Below, piece by piece: positions 1-14,008 of a stretch of DNA of 64,000 nt. This stretch comes from Octopus vulgaris. Its lineage: Eukaryota. The stretch lies in NCBI GenBank assembly GCA_951406725.2, contig OX597817.1:46934001-46998000 (forward strand), given 5' to 3'. A program made the translations under genes and the position numbers. The notes beneath the pieces are model-generated. The model did not search any database, was not told the DNA's origin, and worked only from the letters and a program-made list of their open reading frames with translations. The number at the start of each line of letters is the position of its first letter. Position 1 is the first letter of the stretch.

Positions 1-429
1 GTTTATGTTCCTATAACCAGTGTTAATTTTGTAACCCTTTAAAATGAAAGATAAGAAAGTTCATTTTCGGCACTTGATGCTTTGGGAACCAGACAAAAAT
101 TGCTGCAGCTCGGCGGGAATGTGTTACCCCACCCTCCATATTCTCCAGATATTGCTCCTTCGGATTTGCACTTATTCAGGTCTCTGCAGAATAGTCTTAA
201 TGGTAAAAAATTCAATTCCTTGGATGACGTAAAAAGATACTTTGATGAATTCTCTGCCATGAAACCACCTCAATTCTGGGTAGAGGGTATTTTCAAGTTA
301 AAGGAAAGATGGAAACTCATTGTGCAACAAAGGGGTTCATATTTGGTTGATTAAAAATGTAATGGCAAGTATTTATTGACCTTTTTCTTTCCTTTAAAAA
401 TCGGCACGAACTTTCCGGACAACCCAATA
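1..429 (+). mobile_element. Internally deleted mariner transposon (left end outside window)
   Basis: N-terminus MKDKKVHFRHLML (44-82) joined directly to the C-terminal catalytic region LPHPPYSPDIAPSD...FKLKERWKLIVQQRGSY (82-354). Right TIR cggcacgaactttccggacaacccaa followed by TA at 428-429. Confidence 0.9.
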
Positions 430-1018
430 TTTAAACCTGCCAGCAACAACGAATTTTTAAATGAGGCATGGACAACTTCTTCTGAGAAACGGACCGCAAG
501 AAACATGCCTTATCATCAGGCGAGACGCATTACTAAAAAAAAAATTCATGGTAATTTTTCATAAGATGTACTATTCTGAAGTTCCCACGAGCTCCAGTTT
601 GATCAAGACTGACTTGAATACCGGAGAAGATATTTTTACATATACAGAATATAATTCATAATTTACTGTATGAGATATATGATTCAAGATTGTTCATTAA
701 AAAGTCTTCATAACGATATATTATGTGAAGTGTCACATTAATAAAAGCCAGGCCTTTTAATTCTCTTGAACCATATTCATAACAATTGCATTTGTTAATT
801 CTCTTTGGGTCTTCTTTAAAATGCACTTAAATTTTCAAACAAACGCAGCGAGTGGATTTGTGTTGTTGTTCTGTTTTTTCTTTTTTTTTTTTTGTACTTC
901 TTGCGTAGAAAAACATTGATGCTAATATCTCTACGTGTTCGTCATACATAAATATTCTCATAACATCAACACTTATTACTTCAAATACTTAAAATCAACA
1001 CAAACAATTTCATTGCAC

Positions 1019-1091
<73 letters not shown>

Positions 1092-1327
1092 TGTGTGCAT
1101 ATTACGAGGGTGTCGAAGGGAGGGATGCTCTTAACAGAATTCAAGACGATTGAAATGTACTAAAATTTGACAAGGATACATTCTGTTATGTTATGTATTT
1201 CTACAAAACAATACATTATCATTTGTTTACATATTGACACTTATATTATTATAGCCACTTCAATATATGCATGTTATACTACATGTATATATGAGTGCAT
1301 TTACAGATGTATATAAGGATATGTATG

Positions 1328-1373
<46 letters not shown>

Positions 1374-1444
1374 CGTAAATATCGAACGATAAAATGAGTG
1401 CTCAACACAGCATTGCTGGCTATATAGTTTCTTCACAAATAAAG

Positions 1445-1491
<47 letters not shown>

Positions 1492-1497
<6 letters not shown>

Positions 1498-1597
1498 GTA
1501 TCTGAGAGACACCACCATGCCGAAATAGCAGTCAAAACCCTAGAGTCAGGGTTTTGACAGCTATTTCGACATGGTGGTGTCTCCCAGATACCCTTAT
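1492..1597. repeat. 50-bp-arm palindrome with an HHR-like motif in each arm
   Basis: Arms 1492-1541 and 1548-1597 are reverse complements with about 3 mismatches. Each reads CTG(A/G)GA-GACA-ccacca-TG(T/C)C-GAAA-TAGC(T/A)G-TC. Confidence 0.75.
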
Positions 1598-1678
1598 TTA
1601 TAGTTGTAAAAAATTATTACTTTTGTATGGTATTTATTCACATGCTGGCCACTTGATAATATCGATATTATCTTTATT

Positions 1679-1744
<66 letters not shown>

Positions 1745-2151
1745 TATAAAATAACAATTTAACAAATAAAATATATGCATATACATATATGTACATACCT
1801 ACATCTATATGTATATATATACATGCATATATGGGTACAGGATACCACAAAAAACGTAGAGCACAACGAGAAACGAAAACATAAAACAAACAAGGAAACG
1901 GACTTTTTTTAACAACGAAAAAACAGAGTACAAGACAAACAATACAAGGAATATTCCCCTTCATCAGCTGCCCCTGGTTCGACTCAATGCGTGTTTCGAA
2001 GGTAAGGGCAGAGGAAAGACCACTAAGTGGATTCCTTGTATGCTGAAGATAAACGCCAAATCGTCCTACCACGAAAGTTGTGATCTCAAATAAGCAGTAC
2101 GCTAGATGTTTGCAAGCATGACAAAGGAAAGGAAAATTTTAAAAAGCAGTT

Positions 2152-2206
2152 AATTCCATAACTCGAAGTTTCACCATAAATAATTATGGCTCCTCAGTGC
2201 TGAATT
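2152..2206 (-). ncRNA. Minimal type I hammerhead ribozyme, canonical core
   Basis: Minus strand AATTCAGCA CTGAGGA GCCATAA-ttat-TTATGGT GAAA CT-tcg-AG TT ATGGAATT: CUGANGA box, 7-bp stem II, GAAA, short stem III, GUU site, bulged stem I. Confidence 0.7.
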
Positions 2207-2319
2207 CTACTCACTGCAGTCTTTGTTTTTTTTCTGGCTTGGCGTGCTAGTTGAAGACATTTGAAATCGGAATTGCGATGTATAATAGTGGAACTCTATA
2301 CGCATATCTCTATATATAT

Positions 2320-2810
<491 letters not shown>

Positions 2811-2834
2811 ATATATATATATAGATGTGTGTGT

Positions 2835-2868
<34 letters not shown>

Positions 2869-4169
2869 ATGTATGTATAGGAGTGGCTATGTGGTAAGTA
2901 GCTGTAGGCGCAGGAGTGGCTGTGTGGTAAGCTTGCTCACCGACCACATGGTTCCGGGTTCAAATATATATATATATCAAGAACATTTTTTTCTTCTTTT
3001 AGAAATGAACTTTAAAGCATCGAGTGAGATGGTACTTTACAGAAAATAGAAGGAACCTCGAACGCAGGTGAATACAGCTTAGAAGATCGGATGAATAATT
3101 TTAGAAGACGGGCAAAATGTGACCAACAAGAGGTACAGTGTAGCGCTTTGCTGGATACGTATACTGCTTACAGTATAAGAATTTACCTACCATTATTACG
3201 TTTGTGGAGGAAGAAATCACACGGGGTGGCGCTCAGCTGCGCACACAACAATTAACATCAATTTTATGGCGAATAAGAACCTAAAATTTTCAGGTCTTCC
3301 TACTTTCTTACAAGCGATATCCAAAACATTTTCCACGACACAATGGAAACGGTCTCATTATATCTAATAATAATCTTCCCTTAAGGGTAATTTTAAGGGT
3401 AATTTTAAGAACCAACTAATATTTTTTTATAATGTGGACAATTATCATAGAACGCTTTCCTCGGTTTTATCAAGGCTACGAGTTTAGATGCGCTCATAAC
3501 AAATTGTTGTTTTGAATTCCTTAGAAGTTTTAATGTAGTCTTAATCGGGAAATATTATTCAACCTTGAAGGTTGGATTGCCATATATGTTTAACCTTATG
3601 AATAATATCGAACCAGCCAGATACTTATGCAGGGAACACTGCATGTTTTGTATACAAAATATCAAGGTGAAGAATAAAAGCGGGATCATATATATATTTA
3701 TATAAACACACATACATACATGTATATATATATATATATACGCGCATGTATGTATATATTCATAAATTCATTTAAATCGTTTTATTTTAGAATCGGAACA
3801 GGAAAATAAAGTGAAAACAAAGAAAAATAGAAATCGGATTATAAGTTTATAAGATTAAATAGGATTACTATAAGATTATTGTATTAAGAGGATTTGCCGA
3901 TTACGTCTCGAGATATTTGGTTTACATATGTGATCCATCATAAATATTTGGTGTTAAGGAATAACTTGTTTTTGGTTATTATATAGAAATAAGAGTGCGA
4001 AGGGTGTAAGCGTTTGCTTTGAACATAGAGTATTTCAAAGCCAGAATTCTATTCCTAGATAAAACCAATTTATTAGCACTAAAGCAGCTGCTGTTTCTAG
4101 GAAGGAATTGTCGTAAAGTTTTAATTATTTTTTTCTATATTCCCTGTTTCATCAGGAATATGAAATGCA

Positions 4170-4394
4170 AAATTGCTTTCAAGTTTTCGTACAAGACCAG
4201 TAATTTCAAGGGAGAGGTTTAGTCGATCACATTGACCCCAGAGCTCAACTGGTGCTATTTTTTTATCGATCCCCGCTGAATCTGAACTTTTTATCGACCT
4301 CGGCTGAATCTGAACTCACAACGTAAAGACAGACGAAATGTCGCTATGCATTTTGCCCGGCGTGCTAACGATTCTGCCAACTCGCCGCCGCCTT
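4170..4394 (-). mobile_element. SINE family B, degenerate
   Basis: Matches the family B head (aaggcggcgagttggcagaatcgttagcacgccggg) and core on the minus strand. Confidence 0.75.
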
Positions 4395-4464
4395 AGAAAT
4401 ACCCAAATATTGCAATATGTATTTGTCTTGAGTTCTACTGCTTGCGCCACGCCGTATCTCTGCT

Positions 4465-4710
4465 TGATGGTGATGATGATGATGATGATGATGATGATGA
4501 CGGTGGAAGAAGAAGAGGAGGGGAGGACGAAGAGGAGGAGACAGAAAATGACCACGTTGACAATGGTGACGATGATGAAACTGACGGCGATGACGACGAT
4601 GATGATAACGATGATGATGATGGTGATGATAACGATGATGATGATGATGGTGATGACGACGGCGAGGACAATGATGATGACGTCAGCAACAACGACGACG
4701 ACGACGATGC
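4465..4710. repeat. (GAT/GAC)n compound microsatellite
   Basis: Direct reading. Confidence 0.9.
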
Positions 4711-5015
4711 ATAAAAGAATACAGGGAATGGAGGAAATGAGCTAAAGCAAGAAAACGAACAAGAAGCTACTGGTTCGAATAATAGTCAGGAGAGGAACGA
4801 TTAGACGCACAACTTAGAAGAGAAAGTCTCAACGCCTGTTAAACAGAAGCGATGTCGAGAAAGGAGCAGAAAATACAAAAAAAAAACCAAAGATTATTGA
4901 TCGATAAGATGGGTTTGGGAAAACACAGAGGGTGGCAATGATAGATTCCTACATCGAGGGCATCATTTATGAAAAGGTGTGTGACTTTGATCATCACTTA
5001 TGGGTGAAACTTTGT

Positions 5016-5433
5016 GATTTCTTTATTGCCCACAAGGGGCTACACACAGAGAGGGGACAAACAAGGACAGACACACGGATTAAGTCGATTACATCGACCC
5101 CAGGGCGTAACTGGTACTTTATTTATCGACTCTGAAAGGATGAAAGGCAAAGTCGACCTTGGCGGAATTTGAACTCAGAACGCAGCGGCAGACGAAATGC
5201 CTATTTATTTACTACCCACAAGGGGCTACACATAGAGGGGACAAACAAGGACAGACACATGGATTAAGTCGATTATATCGACCCCAGTGCGTAACTGGTA
5301 CTTATTTAATCGACCCCGAAAGGATGAAAGGCAAAGTCGACCTCAGCGGAATTTGAACTCAGAACGTAACGGCAGACGATATACGGCTACGCATTTCGCC
5401 CGGCGTGCTAACGTTTCTACCAGCTCACCGCCT
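5016..5433 (-). mobile_element. SINE family B, tandem dimer
   Basis: Full unit followed by a 5'-truncated unit; junction near 5201. Confidence 0.85.
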
Positions 5434-5649
5434 TTTGTGGGTGAAACTTTGTCTAGATCTGTTCAAGATCTGTAGGCATCTTTAAGCAAATGCGAAGCGA
5501 CATTAAACGGGAGAGTTACCATCAAGCGATATACGATTAGAAGCGCAGCTTGGGAATGAAGCTTAGCTTCCAAGAGGATGCACTCACTCGTATCTTGTTT
5601 GTAACAGCACGGATTCTCTTGACGATTATTCTAAAAATACTTAAATAAG

Positions 5650-7120
5650 TATATTCCCTGGGGAAGAAAAGGGGAAAAGTGGATCATATTCTTTTCATGG
5701 ACGATTTAATGCTTTATGGCAAATACAAGAATCAACTGTGAACCTTACGAATATTTAATATTGCCATTAATATAACATTCGGTATCTGGCGATGTGTTAT
5801 GATAGAGATGAAAGGGGGAAAATCATAAAAACTGCTGGAATGGATCTACCTGATTATGAGAATATAACATCCTTAACTGAAGAAGGAGCATAAAAGTATT
5901 TTGAAGCACTGGAACGTGATAAAACTTTGGTAATAAATAAAAGAAGTCCTCAGTTTCGTAGAATTAAGGTTTTGAAATTCAAATTGAATGCGGGAAATGT
6001 CATACAAGCAATCAATTTGCAGGCAATATCACTAATAATGTATGAGGTATGAATCGTTGAGTAAAGAAAGGCTGAATTAAAGTATATTCTCAGAAAGAGA
6101 AGATGCAGTTCATAATGCACAGACGCCTGTTCTTCCAATCGAATGTGGAGTGTTTCTAATGGAAAAGAATAAAAGAAAGTTGAGTGTTAACGAGTGTTGA
6201 AGATGTAGAATTTAAAGAAGTGCAAGGCTGCATCTGAAAGGAAAGATTTTTCTTAATGAGATGAGTAGGGAATGGTTATTCGCAGAGTTAGTGGAGCCCA
6301 TAGTGAAAGTAAAAAGAAAATTGGAAAATTTAGAAAAGAAAAAAGAAAATCATGTTTTGAAGGAAAGGAGCATCATTAAATTTTGTTCAACAACACAGAA
6401 GATGAAATGGATGAGAAGGGGCGGCATCCTGCTTCAGTAAAAGAAAATGAGTCTTAAAGAAAGAGGCCGAAGGAATTATCTCAGCATTATAGAAAAGGGC
6501 TCTAAGGCGGGTGGTGGGATTGAATCAAAACCAATAAGATATTCTTCACCCAAATGTAGCATGTGCTACGAAAACTGTGGGATCTGTAACTTACATGGAA
6601 TCGAAATGCCTAAAGTTTTTTCAAAAACAGTGCAAAAGGTTAAGACATCATAAAACGGCTGCTATAATTCTCTGGATTTATAGCAAGAGGTTCGGTTTTG
6701 TACGTACAAAAAATTGATAGGACCATTTTCTGGAAACATAATGTAAATCCTTGGAAACAATGAAATGTGGTCGTCATAAGTTTTTCCCATGCGCAACGAA
6801 TGCAGTATAGGACCTAACAAGGTGGATATTGTGGTCGTTGGTATGAAGATTGTGTGGCTTATACCTATTTGATACCAGAATCAAGGCGAAGCGAAAGTAG
6901 GGTATTTAACCGTTGTCGAATATGATTTACTCAAATACTGGAATAAAGTTAACAAATTAATGAGTCTATCAATTATCATTAGTGTATTGGATATGTGTGA
7001 AAAATTTGAGAGTAAACATTTGAAAAGCGATATCTTAATCTTAATCTGAAAGTTAGTGCAATGAAGATAACCTGTTTACTTGCATCGGTACGAATTATTT
7101 AGAAAGTTCTCGATACAATG
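5650..7120 (+). mobile_element. Highly decayed R4/Dong-like non-LTR retrotransposon (RT end, zinc knuckle, REL endonuclease)
   Basis: Remnants FMDDLMLYGK (~5694), KVLKFKLNAGNVIQAINLQAISLIMY (~5966), KCSMCYE (~6552), PNKVDIVVV (~6813). Confidence 0.75.
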
Positions 7121-7638
7121 AAAGGACAAAAATAAGCAGCATAGAGGGACCTTGAATTAAAGGAAAGAGAAACTTTCCCATGTAAGACTACAAATAGCAG
7201 TCTGATAGGAAGTATAACTGGTTACATTATCAATAGCACGTTACAATAGATAAATTAAAATAAAATGATAAAAGCTTTAGCATGTAATGCTAAAACATGG
7301 CATACAAAAGGCCAAGGAATATATATAGAAGGTGGGGGGGGGGGCAAAAACATAATACAACAAGAAAACAGATTTAAATTTTAAGATTAATGTATATAAA
7401 CAAATAAAAGTACGTATCGATAAACTGTAAATAGCCAGGAGGCTAAATCAATACACGTGGATCAACGCAATTATGTTCCCACACGGGTGACTAATTCTAC
7501 GATGTTGAAAGAGGGTAGGACATGAAATTCTGGCAAAGGAAATAAACCATGCATGCGCCATCAGAGAGAATGTTCAAATTTATTCAGTAATAGTGGCAGT
7601 ACCGAAGGATATTGTGTTTGGCTCGAATTTACTCACGA

Positions 7639-8039
7639 GGCGCAAGAGTGGCTGTGTGGTAAGTAGTTTGCTTACCAACCACATGGTTCCGGGTTCAGTC
7701 CCACTACGTGGCACCTTGGGCAAGTGTCTTCTACTATAGCCTCGGGCCGACCAAAGCCTTGTGAGTGGATTTGGTTGACGGAAACTGAAAGAATCCCGTC
7801 GTATATATGTATATATATATATATATATGCATGTTTGTGTGTCTGTGTTTGTCCCTCCAACATCGCTTGACAATCGATGCTGGTGTGTTTACATCCCCGT
7901 AACTTAGCGGTTCGGCAAAAGAAAACCGAATAAGTACTAGGCTTACAAAGAATAAGTCCTGGGGTCGATTTGCTCGACTAAAGGCGGTGCTCCAGCATGG
8001 CCACAGTCAAATGACTGAAACAAGTAAAAGAGTAAAAGA
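7639..8039 (+). mobile_element. tRNA-derived SINE family A, full length
   Basis: A box TGGCTGTGTGG, B box GGTTCAGTCCC, CORE-like ccttgggcaagtgtctt, internal (TA)n, tail ggcggtgctccagcatggcc...gactgaaac plus (GTAAAAGA)n. Many copies in the window. Confidence 0.9.
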
Positions 8040-8898
8040 TCCACAAGAAAGGATCAGTGCATCCTACGACACCTGTCGTCTTTAGTCCCGTACATCCTTG
8101 TCTCCCGATTGCAATCCAATAGATAGGGTCACCGTATCCCTGACTTTTTTCCTCCTCTGAACAGAAACTTCATAAGTGGGTTTTTGTTCCCTCTTCTTTT
8201 GCAAATGTTTTTTTGGCACTGTGCTGCCAATATCCTGAATTTGTAGTTCGGTACGTGTGCGATGACCACGTAATCTTCGAGTGGTCAACAATACTTGGAG
8301 TTCTGAGTAGATCGCATCTAACCAAATGATGTGGCACTTCCCTGAACACCATGACAATAAGCCTAAGGTACATTAGTCTTAATGTCTGTTGCCATGCTCC
8401 CCGTGTTTCTAGTGGAGCACCCAGCAGGGGACATGCGTATAGTTGTGATTACTTTATCTCATCCGCAGTCTTAAACACCAGACATGCGCTCCTAATGCCC
8501 ATTCTCAGCAGTTGGAATGCACATTCTGTCACACGTTTGCCAGAAATTCTAGCTGTCCCTTTTTTTCGAAGACATGTGTGAGCTCTCCTTATTACTTGAA
8601 AAACTCAGGTATGTTACAAGCAGGAAAGAAGACTTACAGCAATTCAGTAACAGATCAGATTAAAGAATGGAATTCCAAAATGATAACGAAGACTACACCA
8701 TAAAAAAAATCAATACACAAACATACGTTTGTCCTCACACTTAACAAAGGAAACTAAGATACACGCGATAAAAGATGGAGTAGGTAACATTATGGACGAT
8801 CTAGAACAGAAGAGTACAGCCACTCATCATTCGCAAGCAAGTACGGTTTGGGAGTATATACCATGATTTAACTAATAATATAAGGAGCTTATGTAGTT

Positions 8899-9314
8899 AT
8901 TTCTTTACTGCCCACAAGGGGCTACACATAGAGGGGACAAACAAGGACAAACGCACGGAATAAGTCGATTACATCGACCCCAGTGCGTAACTGGTACTTT
9001 ATTTATCGACCCCGAAAGGATGAAAGGCAAAGTCGACCTCGGCAGAATTTGATCTCAGAACGTAACGGCAGGCGAAATACCTATTTCTTTATTACCCACA
9101 AGGGGCTAAATACAGAGAGGACAAACAAGGACAGACATAGGTATTAAGTCGATTACAGCGACCCCAGTGCGTAACTGGTACTTAATTTATCGACCCCGAA
9201 AGGATGAAGGGCAAAGTCGACCTCGGCGGAATTTGAACTCACAACGTAACGCAGACGAAATACCGCTAAGCATTTCGCCCGGTGTGCTAACGTTTCTGCC
9301 AGCTTGCTGCCTTC
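8899..9314 (-). mobile_element. SINE family B, tandem dimer
   Basis: Same layout and junction as 5016-5433. Confidence 0.85.
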
Positions 9315-9859
9315 ATAAGAGGCTTATGTAGTTACGAACAGACACAAATACTCTCTCAGCCTCTTACAGTTGATTAGGCTGAAGCAGCATGATATTAAGT
9401 GCTTTGCTTAAAGCCACAACGAGCTTGTAGTCCAAGAATTGAACCCACAACCACGAATTGTGATCCAAACGCATTTACACTCGACTAAGCATCTTTCCTA
9501 AGGACGCCATAACTGAAACCGTAGATTAAATATAGAAAAAAGAATACAGAATCAATGCATGTTGATCAACGTAATTATGTTCCCACACGGGTGACTAATT
9601 CTACGATGTTGAAAGAGGGTAGGACAGGAAATCCTGGCAAGGAAATAAACCATGCAAGCACTATCAGAGAGAAGGAAATTGGGTTTGGCCCGAATTTACT
9701 CAGGTCCTACTCGTCCAAATCATAAAAGTAAAAGAAATAAAATATGCTGCGTAGAACTAGGGTAGGGGTAATAGAGAAAAATCTGTTGTTACCTTGCGAA
9801 ATTAAAGAAGGGATCCATACAAAAGAATGATATCATGTAAAGGAAAAAGGCTACAGTAA

Positions 9860-10680
9860 TCAAAAAGAATAATAATAAGTTAAGCAAATCATATCAGCAA
9901 AAACATACAGGATGAGATTCTCTGGAAAACGTGACGCCATCTTCCAATGGGAAAAATTTATTTGAATTGAATAACAAAAGATTTTACGGGGAAATTAACA
10001 AAGAATATTACTCTGAGGGACACTCCAACAGAATTTGAAGCATGCTGGATTGGAATAGGGAACAAAAGCATTTAACATTGTAAAGCATATTGCACAATGG
10101 ATCAAAAAGAAACAGGTAAAAATATAGTGGCGTAGCAAACATGGACGAAAAGAAAGTCATCAAGATATTAAGAACGGCAAGCATTTGGAAATCCCTTGGG
10201 TTTGACACGATTTCGAATATCTGGTTGAAGTATTTGATTAATACTCTTGGATATGTGGTAGCGGGATTCAATAAATTGATGATCAGATGAAGGCAGTTAC
10301 CTGAATGAAAGCTTTAGAGGAAAACAACGTAGTTTTTTTTTTAACAAAATACCAGAGACACCCAAAACTACTGGTCTATGACATATTTACCGACAACGTA
10401 CAAAGCGTTTACATCAATATTCTACAACGAACATTACGTCCATAATCTACAGGTTGGTTACTCACTTGGAGAAAAAGAGGAGGAAATGGAAGTTGGGAAA
10501 GGATAAGTTATTGTAAAGAATGACTGCTTGTGAATGTGGTTATTATAGGAGAGAACAAAAAGCGGGAAAGAAACCATTGCATGGTATGGATTGATTGCTG
10601 AAAACCATCTAACAGTACTCGGTGAAAATATATAAAGCTAAAGCATCAAAGTTATTAAAGTTGCCTGTCAAAGGGGCAAT
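9860..10680 (+). mobile_element. Decayed R4/Dong-like RT fragment
   Basis: IWKSLGFDTISNIWLKYL (cf. NWKAPGPDGIxNFWLK) and NYWSMTYLPTTYKAFTSI (cf. NYRPITCLPTxYKLLT). Confidence 0.7.
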
Positions 10681-10924
10681 GTTTTTATTTCAATCCCTTC
10701 GAGTTTCTATCCCTAATAGTGGTTTTGACTTTAGCTGTTCCTTCTTGCGTGAAAGGAATCCTATGACGAATACCTCTTATGTGTTTAAATGCACACTGTA
10801 TTTATATGAATAATATATAGTCGATTGACTAATTTTCCTACACGCTAGGCCACAGGTAGTAAAAATTTCTAAAATCTTTATTACCCTGATATTATTAATT
10901 ATGTGTGTGTGTGTGTGTGTGTAT

Positions 10925-11136
10925 TCTTTTTTCTTTTACTTGCTTCAGTCATTTGACAGTGGCCATACTGGAGCACCACCTTTAGTCGATGAAATCGACT
11001 CCAGGACGTATTCTTTGCAAGCCTAGTCCTTTTTCTATCGGTTTCTTTTACCGAACCTCTAAGTTACGGGGGCGAATACACATCAACATCGGTTGTCAAG
11101 CGATGGTGGCAGGGACTAACACAGATACATACACAC

Positions 11137-11220
<84 letters not shown>

Positions 11221-11370
11221 GACAGGTTTCTTCCAGTTTCCGTCCACCAAATCCACTCACAAGGCTTTAGTCGACCCGAGGCTATAGCAGAACACACTTG
11301 CCCAAGGTGCCACACAGTGGGACTGAACCCGGGTCCATGTGGTTAGGAAGCAAGCTGCTTATCACACAGA
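10925..11370 (-). mobile_element. SINE family A
   Basis: Reverse complement of the family A pattern with a long internal (TA)n. Confidence 0.85.
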
Positions 11371-11833
11371 GCTAATGTTCGCAATAAAATTGCACTCAGA
11401 ACTGATCGTTCACCAGTCGCATGTTTTTCTTTAGGTCAATGACTCACAATTTATGATTTCGTTTCAGAAAAATTATTTCAATTTTAAAACGAATATTTTG
11501 GGGCCACCTTTTTCTTTTAATATATCGCTTTCGTTTGAAAAAAAATTATTATTTGATTTTTTTATGAAATACAAATTTTGGTAATTTTTTTTATGTAACA
11601 AATTATATCACTTTTATAATGAATTCTGTTTTTTAAATTATATTTACTGAATAAAAACCGTCTGCCATTTGAATATCAACAATTTTACTATCAGTATCCT
11701 GTCTCGTCAATATTTTGTCATGTCGGCGTTTTGTCTCGTCTGTATTTAACTGGCGGCATTTTTAGTGTCTGCAGACGATGGCATAGTCTTGCATACTGGA
11801 GACTTTTTACGAAAGTGGGGCAGCTCCAATTCC

Positions 11834-12182
11834 GGATCTTTTCAGTTTGAACGGCAGTTTTTTCTAGCGGTGGCATATGAAATTGTCAACCATAATTATG
11901 ACCCTAGTATCGATCTATTGCATTTCAATCTGTTTTAGGGTTAGGGTTAGTTAGGGTTAGGGTTAGGAGTGGGGGAAGGGTATCTTTTTTTCTTCACAAA
12001 TGTAAATAAATCCAATCTGTTTCTTAAACGAGGGACATATTCATACGGCACGGAATGTTTTTTACCTCAATGAACGTCATTGATTGGTTGAAATTGCAGA
12101 AATTGAAGAAACAAATATCTTAGAAACTTTAGCATTTTCTCAATAAAGCCAAGAGAAAAAGATGTTTTTATAAACACATTCC
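11834..12182 (+). mobile_element. Truncated copy of the TTAGGG-containing TIR element
   Basis: Closely matches 21599-21950; lacks the right TIR. Confidence 0.8.
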
Positions 12183-12481
12183 TAACAAACAAGATCAACG
12201 ATGCTATGTAAAAAAAGGGTAAATAACAATATCACTAAAAAGGAAATAGAAGATAATTCAAAGTGGCTCGAGATCCATATGAAAAGGAATCTTCCATGGA
12301 AACACCATTATTTTCTTTCGTCTTCAACCTCGCTTTTGACTAAATAATTCTGCTAAATGAGATCACCAATAATTACAGAAGCTACGAGAAAATATAAGCC
12401 ATCTTCTATTTCACACACACACATAAACACACACTCACACACACACCGGTGCTCAAATACGTATGTATGTAGATATATATA

Positions 12482-12849
12482 CTCTTTTTACTCTTTTACT
12501 TGTTTCAGTCATTTGACTGCGGCCATGCTGGAGCACCGCCTTTAATCGAGCAACTCGACCCCGGGACTTATTCTTTTGTAAGCCCAGTACTTATTCTATC
12601 GGTCTCTTTTAACGGGGACATAAACACACCAGCATCGGTTGTCAAGCAATGCTAGGGGGACAAACACACTCACACAAACATATATACGACAGGCTTCTTT
12701 CAGTTTCCGTCTTCCAAATCCACTCACAAGGCTTTGGTCGGCCCAAGGCTATAGTAGAAGACACTTGCCCAAAGTGCCACGCAGTGGGACTGAACCCGGA
12801 ACCATGTGGCTGGTAAACAAGCTACTTACCACACAGCCACTCCTGCGCC
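12482..12849 (-). mobile_element. SINE family A
   Basis: Family A head and tail on the minus strand. Confidence 0.9.
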
Positions 12850-13302
12850 TAGAAATATATATGTATGTATGTGCGTATATCAATTCAATTTATTGCTTTC
12901 GACACTATTTTTTTGTGTAACTATAAGTTCCGTCTGCTTGGTTAATTTACATATTACATTATTTTTATCTATTTCTGTGTTTGAAAGCGCAGACGTGTTT
13001 GTTTTTGTTTTTGTGAGATAAAAGTTTTGTAATATTTTGGTAACTAATTTTGCTTTATTCGTCAAATTTCAACTAAAGCAGCCTGACATTCAAAGTAGAA
13101 GCCATCGTGTTGCGCCCGTCATTTTTCTGCCAGTTCTTTGACCCCGCGCTGCTACCAGTCCTTTTCCTACGAATCGAAGAACTCCTACACTAAATCTTCC
13201 ATCTCCTCTTGGTTGGTGAAGCGTTGTGAACGCATGAAGTTACCCATGGATTGGAACGAGTAATAATCCGAAGAGGATCTTCGTAGTTATCGTCGCTGCA
13301 TA

Positions 13303-13660
13303 TTCTTTTGACTCTTTTACTTGTTTCAGTCAATTGACTGCCGCCATGCTGGAGCACCGTCTTTAGTCGAGCAAATCGACTGCAGGACTTATTCTATGTA
13401 AACCTAGTACATATTCTATCAGTCTCTTTTGCCGAACCGCTAAGTTACGGGGACAACCAGCATCGGTTGTCAAGCAATGTTGGGGGGGACAAACACGGAC
13501 ACATATATATATACATATATATATATATACGACGGATGTCTTTCGGTTTCCGTCTACCAAATACACTCACAAGGCTTTGGTCGGCCCGAGGCTATAGTAG
13601 AAGATACTTGCCCAAGGTGCCATGCAGTGGGACTGAACCCGGAACCATGTGGTTGGTAAT
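13303..13660 (-). mobile_element. SINE family A, head truncated
   Basis: Family A body and tail on the minus strand. Confidence 0.85.
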
Positions 13661-14008
13661 AATTTGACGTTGAATCCGAATTTTTTTTTCACTTATTCCT
13701 GAAAACTTTTGCGAAAATGTGACAGGTGTTCAAAGTTTGATAATTTTCAGAATTTCCAGCCAATCAGAAAACAACACGTTCGCTGCCTCTTCCATTATCT
13801 GTCACACTAGCGAGAAAGGGTGGGGGACACCGGCATGTCAAACCATTAAACTAGTTACAGTAAACAGTGGAAAACATTAAAAAATTCGCAAGCAAATTAA
13901 ATATTTAAAAGCTACGAACAAACCAACAAGGGTTGTTAGAAATATCAGTCAAAACATTGCTTAAAACAGACATTTAATAGTTAAAAGAATTCAAGAACGA
14001 AAGTTTGC

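Noticed and set aside
440-525. Minus-strand CTGATGA with an AGGCATG/CATGCCT stem
   Set aside because: No GAAA or stem III in register; too weak to call an HHR.
13070-13300. Possible Gypsy gag N-terminus (FDPALL..F.RIEE)
   Set aside because: Similarity is too weak by eye, and no LTRs or pol are nearby.
7580-13667. Recurrent ORFs such as RLPNPLTRLWSARGYSRRHLPKVP
   Set aside because: Antisense translations of SINE A.
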